From Squalus acanthias (taxonomy: Eukaryota), in NCBI GenBank assembly GCA_030390025.1, contig CM059432.1:39806001-39870000 (forward strand): a DNA stretch of 64,000 nucleotides, written 5' to 3'. Within the stretch, counting starts at the first letter, position 1; every line of letters starts with the position of its first letter. The notes beneath the pieces are model-generated. The model worked only from the letters and a program-made list of their open reading frames with translations. It made no database searches and was not told the DNA's origin. Shown piece after piece: positions 62,271-64,000 of the stretch. Position numbers and translations under genes: made by a program.

Positions 62271-63559
62271 GTACTTGATTAAACTTACTCTCATATGTGC
62301 CCTTACTCATGATAAGCAGTCTGCCGCCCTGTCGATACACATCAATATATTGCTCGTTGATCAATGGTTTTGTACGGAAGTCTTTCTCACGACTGCTGGT
62401 GTTGCCGCTAATGGCATAGATACTGTAGATGCCTAGTTCAACATCAGGTGTGTTCACTTCAATATTGTGAACTCTTCCCTTTTGTTGTTGCTGCTTTGCA
62501 TTGCCACTAGAATGGTTCTTGCTTCCTGCTTTTGATCTAGCTCTGCAAGCTATTGAAATATGGCCTCGCTTCTGGCAGTGAAAACACTTTGCATTTCTGT
62601 ATTGGCAGGACTGTGGCGAGTGATTGCAGCGATAACAATTCATTGAACTGCTCTCACCGACATGCTTTTGACTTGGTGTCTCAACTTTAGGCTTGGCAGT
62701 GGCTTTGTGACTGTAGACCTCAGTTGCATTAGTCGCTCGAGTTGGACGAAGCTCTCTAGCATTCTTGGATGCCATCTCCATAGATAGGGCAATTTTGCAT
62801 GCTATGTCAAACGTTAGGTTCAGAGTGTTCAGTAATTTGGACTGTGTGCACTCATCAACCAGTCCACACACAAACTTATCTTGCAATGCACAATCCAAAA
62901 ATGTGCTGAAGTAACAATGCAAAGACAGGTTTTTAAGAGCTACAATGTACTCACTGATGGTTTCATTTTGTTTTTGGTTTCTGGTACCAAACTTATAGCT
63001 CTCTGCTATTTCTAATGGCTTTGGGTGGAAATGGTCCAAGTTTCTCAACAATGTCCTCCAACAACACATCCTTCGCTTTCCCTGGCACGAGTAGGTTTGT
63101 CAACGTTCGGTAGACATCTGGTCCGATCTCAGTTAGAAAAATTGCTTTTTTACGTTCACAAAATTACTTTTTTATTTTGAGCTTGAACATTCTCATCTGC
63201 ACCTTCAGTCTCAATGATGTTCTTCGCCTTAAAGACATCTCCATCCATTCAATGCAAGAACTGAATGGTTTGCGAGCTCAGTCATACATGCCGAGGCTTC
63301 CGATGAATCCCGTAGGCACGGCAATGATTGTCCCGATCCCTTTGAACAGTGACTCCACTCTAACTGTGTACCTGTGAGAATCAACGCCACTGTTGCTGTG
63401 GATACATACACATGAAGGCAAAGCGGAGACAATTCTGCATCAGCATTAAAAGTAAAACATCGCAAAAATTCAGTTTCAGTGTTACAAATTCACCTTAAAC
63501 TTATCCACTCAAAAGGTTGAGTACTGTGTCCTTCCATGATCCCTAAAAATGGCTTTGTG

Positions 63560-63577
63560 ATCCCATTCTCATCGCCA
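63560..63577 (-). other. Primer-binding site, tRNA-Ser-like
   Basis: TGGCGATGAGAATGGGAT just inside the 5' LTR; close to the complement of the tRNA-Ser(GCU) 3' end as recalled. Confidence 0.7.
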
Positions 63578-64000
63578 AACAAATTTAATATATGTGGGTA
63601 GAACAAATGAAGGACAGAGACACGATGAGTTGCTAGTCCATGTGCTTGTTTTACTAGGTCAGAGCAAACTGAGCATGCTCATACTAAACCATGTGATAAT
63701 ACATTAGAGTCATTGCCCGGCACTTGTGTGGCACGAATGTTACTTGCCACTTATTAGCCCAAGCCTGAATGTCGTCCAGGTCTTGCTGCATGCGGGCACA
63801 GACTGCTTAATTATCTGAGGAGTTGCGAATGGAACTGAACACTGCGAACATCCCCACTTCTGACCTTATGATGGAGGGAAAATCATTGATGAAGCAGCTG
63901 AAGATGGTTGGGCCTAGGACACTACCCTAAGGAATTTCTACAGCGATGTCCTGGGGCTGAGATGATTGACCTCCAACCACCACAACCATCTTCCTTTGTG

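Larger units (their letters stand above)
58771..63708 (-). mobile_element. Full-length decayed Gypsy LTR retrotransposon (Mag-like)
   Basis: LTRs 58771-58907 and 63584-63708; PPT aaggggaaag next to the 3' LTR; gag with Cys/His knuckles (CFHCQKRGHISIAC), RT (NQDDVLI), RNase H (CDASSYG, EKEALA, TDHKPL), integrase (HPG, IHVDF, PYHPAS); many frameshifts. Confidence 0.93.
58365..64000 (-). mobile_element. CR1/L2-group LINE (58365-58770 plus 63709-64000) hosting the Gypsy element
   Basis: INILGVTID...AGQRLGIL...IYKAQVRSVME; sequence resumes gtcattgcccggcac after the LTR. Confidence 0.75.

Overview
Eukaryotic, repeat-saturated vertebrate DNA. The CR1/L2 load and SacSINE1-like DeuSINEs suggest a cartilaginous fish (inference). 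No intact host gene, rRNA, tRNA gene or CRISPR array is evident. The window is a nested mosaic of CR1, L2 and RTE LINEs, DeuSINEs, Penelope-like fragments with minimal hammerhead-ribozyme motifs, solo LTRs, a decayed Gypsy provirus, a 2.1-kb 35-bp minisatellite and many PIF/Harbinger-type MITEs. Highlights: (1) a complete 4.3-kb Harbinger transposon (49854-54145) with an intact DDE transposase and a 3-exon Myb/SANT partner gene whose frame depends on a G13 run, plus a deletion derivative at 33634-34526; (2) a 222-bp TSD-flanked insertion (4061-4282) built as a perfect 91-bp inverted repeat with a hammerhead motif on each strand; (3) an RTE insertion with a twin-priming-type inversion; (4) two related 1.1 and 1.6 kb solo LTRs; (5) scattered minus-strand exon-like segments, some with stops, suggesting a decayed multi-exon host gene of unidentified family. 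Boundaries of old repeats are approximate; all family assignments come from motif recognition, not database searches.
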